Positions 12,326 through 25,879 of a DNA stretch of 64,000 nt are shown one piece after another (the first letter of the stretch is position 1; the number at the start of each line of letters is the position of its first letter). Under the pieces are notes generated by a model. It searched no databases, was not told the origin of the DNA, and saw only the letters and a program-made list of their open reading frames with translations. Where the stretch lies: contig MCFH01000068.1 in the NCBI GenBank assembly GCA_002104945.1, positions 124,001 through 188,000 on the forward strand, written 5' to 3'. The translations under genes and the position numbers were made by a program. This DNA is from Piromyces finnis finn (Eukaryota > Fungi > Neocallimastigomycota).

Positions 12326-13463
12326 TAATATTTAAATAAAATAAATATATCATTAATTTTTTCAAATAATTTAATTATTTATAAAAAAAATAAGTTCGAT
12401 AATAATTTTTAAAAATATAAATTATACCTTTCCTTCTAACACTTTTTAAATTTACTTTATCAATTATTATAATATAACATATTATTATTAAACTTCATAA
12501 TATTTAAAATTTATTTTGTTAATTTTAATACCTTTAATTATATATATTAATTTTTTAATCATATTTATCTATACACAGTATACATTACCATAATAATTTT
12601 TTTATTTTCATTTTTCCATATTAAAATATGAATAATAATATAATTTATATTAATTTTTCAAAAATAAAATTGTTTTTATAGTTATCTTAATTTATATTGT
12701 TTATCTAACCTTTTTAATAATAGAAAATGAAATATATTTGTACATTGACTGGAATTTTATAATTTCTTGGTTTTATTTTTATTTTAGCAATATTTATTAA
12801 CTATTTAAATAGTTACAGTAAATTTCTATTTTTTAATTTTTATAAATTTTAATTAAAATTATATATTTTTTTAAATATAATATGTGATAGTACTTATATT
12901 AATTAATTATTTAATTTAATTTAAGTAATTGTTTTTATATGATATTTGATATTTAATATATTAATTTAATATTAAAAGTATAGGCCTTTCTTCGTTTATA
13001 TAAAATTTTAATTATTATGTTTAATGATTTAATAATTTTTCTTTTTTTTACATATAAAAAAAAGAAAAATAACTAGACGCTTAAATTTATACACAAAGAG
13101 ATTAAATAATTTGATTTAATATTTAATATTTATATCATATAAATATTATTAATTTTTAAATAAATTAAACTAAATATTTTTTTTAAAATTAATCAATATA
13201 CAAAATGTTATATAATATATATAAATATATAAAATCATTTGAAATATATTTTATTTTCACAATAAATAATTGAAAAATATATACTTGAATATATGAAATA
13301 TATGTCAAATGTATTTAAATTTTTAAATAAACATTATAAAAATAAAAAAAAAATATTAATATTGATACGTGTTAGATTATAAAAAGAATTTTATATATTA
13401 TTTATTAATTAAAATTTAATATTTATTTGATAATTAATATATTATAAATATAATCTTAGTATT

Positions 13464-13726
13464 TGTGAAATAAGTTTAATTAATAAATAATTTTATTAAT
13501 AAGGTTAACAAAGAGAAAAAATTACATTGTAAATATTACAGTTACATAATGAGATGTAAGGTCATGTGACCATAGAAAATAAAATAAATAAAAAAATAAC
13601 TATCTCTACAACACGTAGACATTACGTTTACAACACTTTAAATACATGTTTATGTTTTTATAAATTAGTCACGTGTTTATAAATATATGATATAAATAAA
13701 TAAAATTATGTGTCCATAAGTGTTCA
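13464..13726 (-). repeat. Copia 3' LTR
   Basis: TG...CA direct repeat of 19877-20145 with several substitutions. Confidence 0.92.
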
Positions 13727-13740
13727 CACTCCCCCTCAAA

Positions 13741-16700
13741 CTAGATTTTCTTTAAGAATATCTTATTTGTATATTCTAACATTCTTGGACCATGTAGATC
13801 TTTGGTTAAAGGGTCAGCTAGCATTTCTTTAGTGTTTATATATTCTATTTTTATATTGTTCTTTTCTATGTTGTCTATAATGAAATGGTAGTGTATATTT
13901 ATGTGTTTTAACTTTGTGTTTATTTCACCATTTTCTATTATTTTCTTGCTTGCCTTGTTGTCGGTGAATAAAGTTATATTTTTATTGTAGTTAAAAATTT
14001 CATCTACCATATTTTTAAGCCATAGGATCTTTTTCGTATTCATTGACGTATTGATGTACCCGGCCTCAGCAGTAGACGTAGCCACACATGTTTGTTTCTT
14101 TGACAACCAGCATATTGGACTGTTTCCCATTAAGATTATCCCTCCAAAGGTAGATTTAAAGTCTTCTGCGCCTCCGTAGTCCGAATCAGTGTATCCTTGG
14201 ATTTTCCCTTCACCACTGTATTCGATTTTGTAATGCTTTGTAGTGGATAAGTATCTGAAAATGTTTACAATTGTATTCCAGTCAGATACTGTTGGGTTTT
14301 CGGATTTTCTTGCAGCTTTATTAACAGCGAAAGCAATATCCGGTCTAGTACTTTTTGATAAGTATATTAATGCACCTATTGCACTTTTATATTTAGTCCT
14401 ATCAAAAGGATTATTATTTGAGGTGCTCTTGTCAACTGTTTTACATGGCGTATTTCTTCTACGTACGTTTTCCATATGAAATCTTTGTAATACATTATTA
14501 ATGTAATTCTCTTGAGAAATAATGTATTTGGAACCTTTCTTCTCAATCTTTATTCCTAGAATATAATTAATGGGACCGCTATTTGATATTTTAAATTTAC
14601 TTTTAATTTTGCTTATTACCCTCTCTATTGTATTTGTTTTTCCAACTATAACCATGTCGTCTACATATAGACCAATTATACATTTTACGTATTTGTTTTC
14701 TTTTAACGTATATATACATGGTTCGGATTTTAATGGTTTAAAGTTATTATTTTTCAGGAATTTATCTATTGTTTTATTCCATTGTCTTCCTGATTGTTTT
14801 AAACCATAGAGAGCTTTATTCAGCTTCCAGTATCCTCCCCTAAAGTTGCTATCTCCAAGCGGAATAGTGGTGTAAATATCCGTATCTAATGGAGCATTGA
14901 GGTAGGCAACTTTAATATTAAGCTGAAATATATCCCACTTAAATTTTGCAGCAATAGCAATAATAAATTTTAGACTGTCAATATTTAAGGTTGGAGAATA
15001 GGTTAAGTCAAAATCAAGTCCTTGTTTTTGACGGAAACCTCTAGCGACAAGTCTAGCTTTAAAACGTACAATTTTATTATTGCTGTCCCTTTTAACAGCA
15101 AAAACCCATTTGGTAGATATAATATTTTTGTTTTATGGGATATTTTTAACCAGGGACATAATTTTATTAGAATATAAATTATTCAATTCATCTTGAATGG
15201 CTGCTTTCCAATATTTTGAATTTGTACAAGTCATAGCTTCTTTGTACGTAGTGGGAGCATCAGTAAATACGGTAGCTATATATTTGTTCCTGTGCTTCTT
15301 AGGAGTACTGGAATTATTTAGAGAGGTAGGACTGCAAGGCCTTTTTCTTTCAGGATGGGAGGAATCATCAGAATTATCGGCCATGATATCATCCATGATA
15401 TCATTTTCATCTTCCAAGTTTGGATCAGGATCATCCATAGATTTATTGTCGTCCTGGATAAAAGAATGTGTGTCACATGTAATATCAGGAGAATCAAAAA
15501 TTTTTGAATTTAAATTTATGTTATCATTAATATCCATAGTATCTGAGTTGGTAGAATTATCCTGTGTAACATTAGAATTTATGCTAGAATTATGACGTGG
15601 ATTATTTGATTTATCATCCAATAGAATGTTTTCATTTTTATTTTGAATTTTTGAGTCAATTTTTGAAAAATTTTTATTAATAAAAATTTTTTCACGATGA
15701 TCAGAAATTGAATTTTCAGTAGTATTTTCACCATCATTTTTGGTATTAGAAATATCTTCAGTGGTGAATTCATCAGTTGAAGAATTATTATAATAATCAT
15801 GATTTTCAATAATTTTATTTTTGTTTTTGTCAGCAGGAGTTTTACTAGAACAAACGTTATCGGAACCAGGAGTTTCAGGAAATTGATATTTATTATTTTT
15901 ATTGATATTATTTGAAATTTTAAAATTTTTCTTTTCGAAATTGCAATTGTCATTTGCAATTTCTTCTAAAACTTTTAAAATGTCACAAGTAAATTTAATT
16001 TTGTCAAATTTCGAATTTAAATTATTATTTTTGTTTTGAGTGTCTTCATTCATGTATAAAGAATTTGTTTTAGAATTGTTCATTAAATTACTTTTTGAGC
16101 TTTCCTTAGTTTGAGAAATAATATTAATCTTTTTGTTATTTTTTTCCTCTTTCCTTTCAGTTATTTTGTTATAAGTTAAATTTTTATCAACCAGGTCCTC
16201 GTCCATAGTACTTATATTGTCTTCATTTACCATTTTTTCTTCTACTTTTTCTTCATTTACTTCTTCTATTACTTCTTCTCCATTGTTTTTAAAGTTGAAA
16301 TCCATCTTCTTGGAAGTCCTTTCTGTATTATTGTTTTGTTTATTTATATTTGAATTTGTATCCGTAGTGTTGTTGTTCTTGCTGTCAACAACTTTCTCTT
16401 TTACACCTTCCATGTTATTGTTGTTCTTCGATGAGTCTGAGGATATCATATTGTCGTAATTATTAATATTATATGAATCGATGAAAGAAAAATACGGATC
16501 GTTTATATTTTTATTTTTATAAGTGTATTGTGCCGGCTTATCTTCGTAGCATTCTATTTCTCTAGAATAGTGAATTTTAAGTTTATCACCACATATCTCC
16601 ATGACGATATATGAGTGATGTGCTTCACTAAACCCAAGAAATATTCCTTCCTTTGTGTTTGGTGCGAATTTTGATTTTTTAAGAGAATAGTCCTTAAAGT

Positions 16701-18713
16701 AGCATATGCATCCAAATACTTTTAGGTATTTTAGATCGGCTTCCTCGTTGGTAAATACTTCGTCAGGGATTAAATTATTGTTTCCTTGGTGTGGTATTTT
16801 GTTGTAAATATAACAAGAATATTTTATAGCAAAACTCCAAAAGTCTTCAGATAATTTAGCCCAATATAAAAGTGTTTTAGCAGAATTTTGAATAGTTTGG
16901 TTTATTCTTTCTGCTTTACCATTTAATTCATGTACGTAAGGAGGTGAGTTTATCTTAGATATACCGTTTTCCTTACAATATTTTATAACTTTACTACTGT
17001 TATATTCTTTTGCACCATCTGTCTTGAATGTTTTGACTTTATATTTGTCAAAAGTGTTATTGACATTCTTTAAGAATTCAATAATGATATCAGGTGCTTC
17101 AGATCTTGACTTGAGAGTATAAATCCAAAGTTTTCTTGAATATTCATCCAGCATAGTCATAAAATATTTCTTATTGTTTACGGATGAATTAAACGGGCCT
17201 GAAATATCGGAGTGAATAGTCTCTAGAACTCTTCCGGCTTTAGGTACGGTTTTGTTGTGGGGAGACTTCTTCATTTTTGATATTTTGCAGTCTAGGCAAG
17301 GCGTTACTTTAATTTTATGTTGATTTAGATATTTCTTCAGATCCTTCTGGTAGAAATGACCTAATCTCTTATGCCATATATCTAAAACATCTTCAAAATT
17401 TGCAATAAATGGTTCATTTTTCTTTTTATTAATGTTTATGAGTTTAATTTTGAATTGGTTTAATTCATTTGAATATGTTTGCATTATATTTTTATTTTCA
17501 GAGTCCTTGAAAATAAGTCTGACTTTCCCATCGTCAGTAATATCTATAACGCTTCTTAAACCAACTTTAGCAAGTCCTACACCACTAATTAAATTCTTGC
17601 TAACTTTATCTGAGTACAAAACTTTTTCTAACTTGTAAGTTTTGTCTTTTATCTTGAACTCATATGAACCATAACCACTAAATTCACAGGTAGTTCCATT
17701 TGCACATCTAAGTTGGATGTGTTCTTCTGTGAAGTTCTGCAAAATGTCCTTATTATTAATGATATGTTCGGCGGCACCAGTATCATAGAACCATTCGTCG
17801 TATTTATTTTCTCCGTACACATAATCTATATTCTTTGCGTTAGGAGAGTCTTCTATTGTAGCTTCATCTTTTTCAATAAGATAGATACTTCTTTCCGTTA
17901 AAGGCCTGATATCTTCAAATTCTACGTTAATGCCGTAACTTTCGTTGTCGTCGTAGTTTTCGACGAAATCTACTTCTTGTTCGAATTTCTTTTGTTGTTT
18001 TTTCTTGTGAACTTGCCTCCCTTGTTGTGAATTTCTTTTAGATTTGTTTTGGTTATAGGCCTTATTATTACTGTTTCTTCTTTGTTCTCTTTCCATTTTG
18101 GCTTTTTGATTATATTCACACATTTCGGAGGAGTGACCATGTTCACAGCAGATATGACAGTAGGTGCGGTGGCTTCTATTTATATTTCTTCTGTTACTGT
18201 AGCTTTTATTCTTTGTTGATTTGTTTTCTCTACTAACAAAATCAACATCCATTGGATCATCAACTTCGTCATCTTCATCTTGGTCATTGTTGATCCAATC
18301 CTCGAAGTAGGATTTGGCATTGATGTAACTTTTGACCTTCTCATAGAGTTGATCAGAAGTTTCGTCTAAAGTTACATTCAATTGGTTCTTGACACTTCGT
18401 GGAAGGGAATTGTACATATATTTCAATTCTTCCCTTTCACTTAAGGACATTCTTTGTTCAGACATCTCAGGGAATATTTCCTTGATTTTATCGATGGATT
18501 TACTGACTTTACTTACATCTTCAGTATGTAATTTTCTTAACTTTTTTAGCCAGTATTCGATGTCTGCATTAGCGTTACCGTATTTTGTATTCAACTTCTT
18601 GAATACTTGGTAACAGCTAGTACTATGACCAATCTCTCTAAGGATCTTCTCATCCACATTTTGAATGATCATAATGTGTGCATCAGCATTAAGACTTTCA
18701 GCTGCTGATACTA
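13741..18713 (-). pseudogene. Copia gag(C-terminal)-pol
   Basis: CHICCEHGHSSEMC knuckle, WFYDTGAAEH protease, HSDISGP/TDGAKEY/NGKAER integrase, KARLVARGF and YVDD RT, YTDSD/TDN/ADPLTK RNase H; frame broken between 15133 and 14655. Confidence 0.93.
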
Positions 18714-19437
18714 TGTAAAGATATAAAGTATATCTTTAAATTATTTAATAATTAATTAATAATTATTGAATAATAATTTTGATATTTTAATGAAAAAATT
18801 GTTTATAAAATTTATTGTATAAATTTTATGGAATAATTAAATAAATATTAATTTTAAAATATTAAAGTTAGAAATGAAATTTGGATAAATATTTAAATTA
18901 ATGGATAATTAAATTTAAATATTTCAAATATTCAAATTAAATCTTAAAAAGTTCTTATTTAATTAAAAATAGTTTAATAACTTTAGCGTAGTTTTAAATT
19001 AGTATTTTTAATTATAAATATATAATAAATAGTATTATTAATATTTAATTAATTTATAGGTAATACATGGACTGTATTCAATTTGCAGTTTACTCAAATT
19101 GAATCAAAAGTGTATTTAATTAGTTTTAGTTTAGTTTTATTATTTTATTATTTAATTAAATTAGTATTAAATTAGTTTTGTTTATTTTATATTGAATATA
19201 TGTATAATTAAATAGAATAGTATATTAAAATATAATTTACAAAAAATATAAATACATGTAAAATTTCTTGATTAAAACGATGTAATTGTTATTGACTATT
19301 ATTTAGTTAATAATTAAATAAAATTAATAAAAGAGATATTTTTAAATAGATTTTGTTTTTCTTGTTTCTTTTTATTTATTTCGTGTTTTATGTTTTATTG
19401 TAAAATTTTATAATCTGTTTTTTTATAAACTTTTACA
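18714..19437. repeat. Solo LTR (724 bp) inserted in Copia gag
   Basis: TG...CA ends; TSD TACTA at 18709-18713 and 19438-19442; removal restores ...AEIV-SAAES... in frame. Confidence 0.9.
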
Positions 19438-19791
19438 TACTATCTCGGCCTTATAAATTGGCGAGTTTGCCAATTTATTGGCGGCTACAACATTAATGTT
19501 ATTAATGTTGCTGCTTGGATTTGCGTCCTCCCCCATAGCTTTAGTGAAGGTTTTGTAGACGGACGCGAGTAAATTATTAGTACGGTAATTAGCAATAATT
19601 TTTACAATAGCCATAGTGTAAACATCTTTGAGATTAAAATCTATATCAAAGCTGTCGTCTTTGATGGTTCCAACAATGTCATAATCAAGATAGCTAGTTA
19701 GACCCTGTCTCTTGATTAAAAGACTCCAAGTGTCAAAGTTGGATTTTCCATGAAGACGTTGATTATTGGCTAAAATTAATTGCTGGGACAT
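19438..19791 (-). pseudogene. Copia gag N-terminus
   Basis: LHGKSNFDTWS..GLTSYL N-terminal gag-like motif; continues in frame across the solo LTR. Confidence 0.85.
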
Positions 19792-19862
19792 ACTAAAATT
19801 TTAAACACACAAAAATTTTTGCTTTAAATTTTTCTTAAGAAATTTTATTATTGATTAGAGTT

Positions 19863-19876
19863 TGAGACTCTTAATC
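19863..19876 (-). other. Copia primer-binding site complementary to anticodon arm of tRNA-Lys(CUU)
   Basis: Plus strand TGAGACTCTTAATC abuts the 5' LTR; GACTCTTAATC is the conserved tRNA-Lys(CUU) anticodon loop context. Confidence 0.65.
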
Positions 19877-20145
19877 TGTGAAATAAATTTAATTATTAAA
19901 TAATTTTATTAATAAGGTTAACAAAGAGAAAAAGTTACATTGTAAATATTACAGTTATATAATGAGATGTAAGGTCATGTGACCATAGAAAATAAAATAA
20001 AATAAATAAAAAATAACTATCTCTACAACACGTAGACATTACGTTTACAACATTTTAAATACATGTTTATGTTTTTATAAATTAGTCACGTGTGTTTATA
20101 AATATATGATATAAATAAATAAAATTATGTGTCCATAAATGTTCA
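19877..20145 (-). repeat. Copia 5' LTR
   Basis: Direct repeat of 13464-13726. Confidence 0.92.
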
Positions 20146-21670
20146 TAATAATTAAACAAAAATAAAATTCCTTTTGATAAAAAATATTAGTTATAACTAT
20201 TAATTAATTAATCATGAGAATATATAATTAGTATCACTAATTGTTATTCTCAATTTATAATATTAAATATTTACAATTTAAAATGGTTAAAACAATACTT
20301 TTTATTTAAAAGTAATTTAAAAGATTAATCTTAGGATCTATAATATGAATTCATATTATTAATGTCAATATCAATTATTAATATTTTAATTTAAAATTAT
20401 TTTACTTTAAACGTTATTGTTAGTAACAATGTATTTTATTACATGTAAGAAAAAAGTATTTAAACAAAGAATTGAAATCATTTTTGAAATTCTTTGTAAG
20501 ATTATTAATTATAATCTATTATTATTATATAACTTAATAAATATTATTTTAATAAACAATGTAAAGTGGACTAGGATGGTACGCACTTGGTTAGAATGTA
20601 TTATATAATATAACTTAATTGAACAATAAAATATTAAACTTTTTTATTATTAAGCTTTTTTTTTAAAACTTATCAAAGAATTTAAATAATACTAATTTTA
20701 AAAATTAAATGGTTTTTATATTTAAAATAAAAATTTAACATAATTTATTTACGAAATTTATTTTTAATTATTTGTTTATTACATAAATGAATAATTATAT
20801 ATATTTTTGATATTATATTTAATTTATTAATTGATGTAATTATGAGTAACCAATTCAGTTTTTAAAATTATCTATTAAATATCTTAAAGCTTGGATTTCA
20901 CATTAAGCTTTTTGAATATATCTATTAGTGTTAAAGTTTGACAAACTTGGTAATGTTATATTTTGAAATATATAATATTTAAAAATTGGTTAATGATGAA
21001 GTGAAAGTTTCAAGCCATTGCTTTAAAAAATAAATTTTAAAAAATGAATTTATTTCTGATTTTCTAATGAAAGAAATAGCAATCCAATTATGGTCCTATT
21101 CATGCTTTACTAACAATTTATTTCCTAGTATATTATAAAATTCTAATATTATATCTTTTTGTTTTTTTGTAATTGAAATATATAATATTTTAATAAACTT
21201 ATTTCCATTCGTTTTAATGTTAAACAAAATCCAGAATAATTTTTATAAAAAATTATTGTCTAAATACTTTCAAAATTCTATTAATCCATTTATATTACTC
21301 GAGTTAATATATGAAAATAACTATTCTACCACCAACTTAGCTTTAAAGCCTTTATCATTTTTTGATCCTAAATCGAAATTTATGAATTTGTTAAAAAAAA
21401 CTTTGAATAGTGAGTATTCTTTAATTAATTCATCAATAGTTTCCATGACTTATTATATATATATTTATTTAGTTTTATTAGTTTTTAATATTATTTGAAA
21501 CTGACATTTCTTTTAAGAATTTTTCTTTTCTTTTATCTTTATTTTTTATAAGCTAACACTTTTATTAGCGCTAATTTAGTTATTATAACGATACTTGATA
21601 TTGTTACAGTTAGAACAAACTATTTAATTTCTTGTTTGATAAGCATAAATAATTTATTAATAACTAGTGA

Positions 21671-22225
21671 TTTTTTTTTTTTTTTTTTTTAACTTCCGAG
21701 TGCATTTCTCCCATCGATCAGAGTTAGCTCCAATGGTGGTTCTTAGAGAAACGTTGGCTCACTCCTATTGCTAGGTGGTTGTGACCCTCCTGGTCTGTCA
21801 TACTGTTTCTTCAGCTTCGACGCTCACTTAATCCATGTACATTAGATGCATGTCGTTGTACGATATTTCACAACTACAATGCTAAGCCTCTTATAGTCAT
21901 TTTGATCACGTGTCAACCGCCCCCTAATGTTTACACTTAAATTGATTAAGGAATATTATGTGTTTTTGGCATAGCCTAAGTCACCACTTATTAAGTTCTA
22001 ATTTGGAATGTACCATGTACACTAGACCCTCTCAGGCCGGCTAGACGAGTGTTACTATCATAGTAGTAAATTAGAAAGTTCATTTATACTTACCTGAATA
22101 TCATAACCCAACCCATGGCAAACCCAGTGGGAAAATCCACAGGCACTGACATCTGCGGGGTCGAACCAGAAGCCTTATGTATGCTAAGGAAACGCCTTAA
22201 CAACCAGGATAAAAACTGGAACGAC
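21671..22225 (-). mobile_element. SINE copy 1 (tRNA-like head, poly(A) tail)
   Basis: About 535-bp non-coding unit in 3 copies; B box GGTTCGACCCC; A-box-like TGGTTGTTAAGG; A20 tail. Confidence 0.85.
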
Positions 22226-23683
22226 TAATAACTGATAACGGATTGGTAGTTATATTATAACTTTTTAACTACTTCTTCTGTTATCTTATTGTTTTATCTC
22301 GACAGCTATTGTACGAGCTTTAACAATATCTACTAGTTTTATTAATTTATTTTAAGTTATTTTATAGTTTTAATAGTTTTATTATTTTAATAATATTTAT
22401 ATAGAATAATAACACCAGATTTATTCTATAAAATATTATTTATTATTAACACAATAATTACAAATTAGAAAAGTTTAATTTCGTTTTTATATTTTCTTTT
22501 ATTTATTGTTCTTACGCTCTTTTTAACAATAATTTTTATTATATAAAAACTTATTTTTGTCTTTTAAATATTATTATGTATTCACTAATTAACTATATTA
22601 ACTATTATTAAAAATTCAACTTCTTATTAATATGTTAAGTCTTCCCATTTTCTACTAAAAATTATTATTATTCTTTATAATAAAAATTATTTTTATAATT
22701 TAACCCAATCAAATATATAAATTTATAAAATATTTGATTTTATGTAAATTATATTTTTATAATAAACTATATAAAATTATTTAATAATTATTTTATAATA
22801 AAAATTTCTACTAATATCAAATGTATAATATATTTATAATTATTATTTATCATAACTAGTGAAGGCTCTAGTAAAATATTCTACTAGATAAAGTAATTAA
22901 CGGTCGTAAAGGTTTAAATTTATTTAACAAATAAATAAATAATAAATAAAGAGTTAAAAATATTTAGTTTTGAAGGGAAATTTCTGGTGAGTATAAACCT
23001 GAACTTAGTTTAGTATAGTTTACATATCCTCGAGGATATATAACAACTTAAATTTATTAAATATTGAAATATTAATTATATTTTACTATTAAAGAGAAAA
23101 TTTTATAATTATTTATAATATTATAAAAAAATTTTTACAAATGAAAGCAATAATATAAAAAGGAAATATAATATGAAAATAAATAAAAAAATATTAATAT
23201 TTTTCTAAAAAAAATAGAATATGCTTTATGGTTTTATTTTTTAAGTAATAATAATAATAATATATATATATAAAGTCTTTAAAGAAATAAATCATTACAT
23301 TGATGATACAATATGTAAATTAAGGTTAAATAAAATTAAATTTTTTAATATATTAATCCTTAATATTATATAAAATAAAAATTTAATTAGATGAAATTGT
23401 GTTTAAAAATTATATAAAAATTATGAATAATTATTTTTTTAAAATAATTTTACAAATATTATTTCCTAATCCTAAAAATTATATAAATATTCTTTAAAAA
23501 AACTTATAAAATATATATAAACTAATAAATAAAATATTTAATATAAAATAAATAAAATATTTAATATAAAATAAATAATAATAACAATTAAAATTATATA
23601 TATTTATATTAAAAGTTTATAATGATTATAAAAAAGTAATTATAATATAATTTTTATCATATTTAAAATAATAAATATTCAAT

Positions 23684-25637
23684 TAAATATTATTAAACAT
23701 AATTATAATTAGTATATTATTTTTGTTAATAGGTTTATATATAATAAATGTTGTAAGGTCTAAAAGTAAATATTAATAAAATGATAATTATACTTAATAT
23801 TTTAATAAAATAAAATAAAATATAATTGTTAATTATTGTCTTAAAATAAATATTTAGAAAATATAAAAAATAAAAGAAATGTTGCAATAAAAAAATATAA
23901 TCTTTATGAAGATAAAATAAGTAAAGAAATAACAAAAAATAGTTCAGGATATTTATATTATTGCGATAGTAATAATAAATGTAAATGGATAAATGAAATT
24001 GGTTATTTTGTTAATAATAAAGATGATATTTATTATTGCGATGGTAGAAGTGATAGTAAATGTTCAAAAACTGTAGCTGAAGAAAGTTGTACATTTGATA
24101 ATATTGGAAAATTATTTTATAATACTCAAAATAAAAATGACGAAGATATTTATATATGTCTTAATTATAACGGAAACAAAGGAATAATCAAAAAGTTAGA
24201 AGATAATAATGTAAAATATATTGTTTATTATAATAAAAATAATATATTTAAATTAACAGAAGGAAAAGTAGCAGTTATTAAAATTAGTAATAATTCTGTG
24301 GTTTTAAGTAACTCAAGTAAAGTATTATTAAATAAAAATAAAATAAGAAAAGTTATAAAAAATATTAATTTTAATATAAAATTATTAAAAATATTAAAGA
24401 ATCATTAAAAAATAAATATATATATATGGATGGAATAACAAATGCTATATTGGAAAGGAATGAATGTCCAAACGATAAATATGATGATATAATTGAATTT
24501 AAAAATAATAATGTAATTATAGAGGAAGTTGAACCAGAGTCAGAAGAAGAAATTGAACCAGAAGGTGAAATAGAGCCAGAAGTTGAAATTGAACCAGAAG
24601 GTGAAATAGAGCCAGAAGGTGAAATAGAGCCAGAAGGTGAAATTGAACTAGAAGTTGAAATTGAACCAGAAGTTGAAATTGAACCAGAAGTTGAAATTGA
24701 ACCAGAAGGTGAAATAGAGCCAGAAGGTGAAATTGAACCAGAAGTTGAAATTGAACCAGAAGTTGAAATTGAACCAGAAGTTGAAATAGAGCCAGAAGTT
24801 GAAATAGAGCCAGAAGTTGAAATTGAACCAGAAGTTGAAATAGAGCCAGAAGGTGAAATAGAGCCAGAAGGTGAAATTGAACCAGAAGTTGAAATTGAAC
24901 CAGAAGGTGAAATAGAGCCAGAAGGTGAAATTGAACCAGAAGGTGAAATTGAACCAGAAGTTGAAATTGAACCAGAAGGTGAAATTGAACCAGAAGTTGA
25001 AATTGAACCAGAAGTTGAAATTGAACCAGAAGTTGAAATTGAACCAGAAGTTGAAATTGAACCAGAAGTTGAAATTGAACCAGAAGTTGAAATTGAACCA
25101 GAAGTTGAAATTGAACCAGAAGTTGAAATTGAACCAGAAGTTGAAATTGAACCAGAAGGTGAAATTGAACCAGAAGTTGAACCAGAGTCAGAAGTTGAAA
25201 TAGAGCCAGAAGTTGAAATTGAACCAGAAGTTGAAATTGAACCAGAAGTTGAAATTGAACCAGAAGGTGAAATTGAACCAGAAGGTGAAATTGAACCAGA
25301 AGGTGAAATTGAACCAGAAGTTGAAATAGAGCCAGAAGGTGAAATAGAGCCAGAAGGTGAAATTGAACCAGAAGGTGAAATTGAACCAGAAGGTGAAATT
25401 GAACCAGAAGTTGAAATTGAACCAGAAGTTGAAATTGAACCAGAAGTTGAAATTGAACCAGAAGTTGAAATTGAACCAGAAGTTGAAATTGAACCAGAAG
25501 TTGAAATTGAACCAGAAGTTGAAATTGAACCAGAAGTTGAAATTGAACCAGAAGTTGAAATTGAACCAGAAGTTGAAATTGAACCAGAAGTTGAAATTGA
25601 ACCAGAAGTTGAAATTGAACCAGAAGATGAAAATTGA
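23684..25637 (+). CDS. Spliced secreted scaffoldin-like (Cys-repeat) protein with acidic EPEVEI tail; start codon not found, may be a pseudogene
   Basis: Hydrophobic exon ending 23765; phase-1 intron 23766-23857; exon 2 [48 protein letters not shown]; phase-1 intron 24308 or 24317 to 24399 joins ORF 24426-25637. Confidence 0.6.
24523..25632 (+). repeat. 18-bp coding minisatellite GAAATTGAACCAGAAG(T/G)T, about 60 units
   Basis: Directly visible; encodes (EIEPEV/G)n. Confidence 0.98.
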
Positions 25638-25811
25638 CAAAAATAAATATAATAGAGAATTTGAAAAGTAGATTATTGTAAATATTATTTTAAAGTAAAA
25701 TAAATGTATATTTAAAATATAATTTTTAATAATTTATTTATGTATATAAAATTAACTTTTAGTTAAATTAGTTTTAAAATTTTATTTTATATAAATTTAA
25801 TAAATAACTAT

Positions 25812-25843
<32 letters not shown>

Positions 25844-25879
25844 ATATATATTTAAATTATTGTTTTTTTATAAAATAAA

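Larger units (their letters stand above)
13464..20145 (-). mobile_element. Ty1/Copia LTR retrotransposon, degenerate, with solo LTR inserted in gag
   Basis: LTRs 13464-13726 and 19877-20145; order gag-PR-IN-RT-RH; PPT GAGGGGGAG; no clear TSD. Confidence 0.96.

Noticed and set aside
13459-20150. TSD for the Copia element
   Set aside because: Flanks GTATT and TAATA do not match; the element may be recombinant or the flanks mutated
20400-21600. ORFs 20417-20608 and 21217-21498 and protein-like minus-strand text
   Set aside because: No recognisable motif and multiple stops; cannot be supported without a homology search
22086-22100. ATACTTACCTG, identical to the U1 snRNA 5' end
   Set aside because: Not followed by the U1-70K loop, U1A loop or Sm site; it is the antisense of a CAGGTAAGT inside the SINE
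24523-25632. Regular repeat array as CRISPR
   Set aside because: 18-bp head-to-tail units with no unique spacers, in frame in a coding exon; eukaryotic context with no cas genes
24925-25671. Alternative-frame ORFs (KLNQKL)n and (FWFNFN)n
   Set aside because: By-products of the 18-bp repeat lacking stops in other frames
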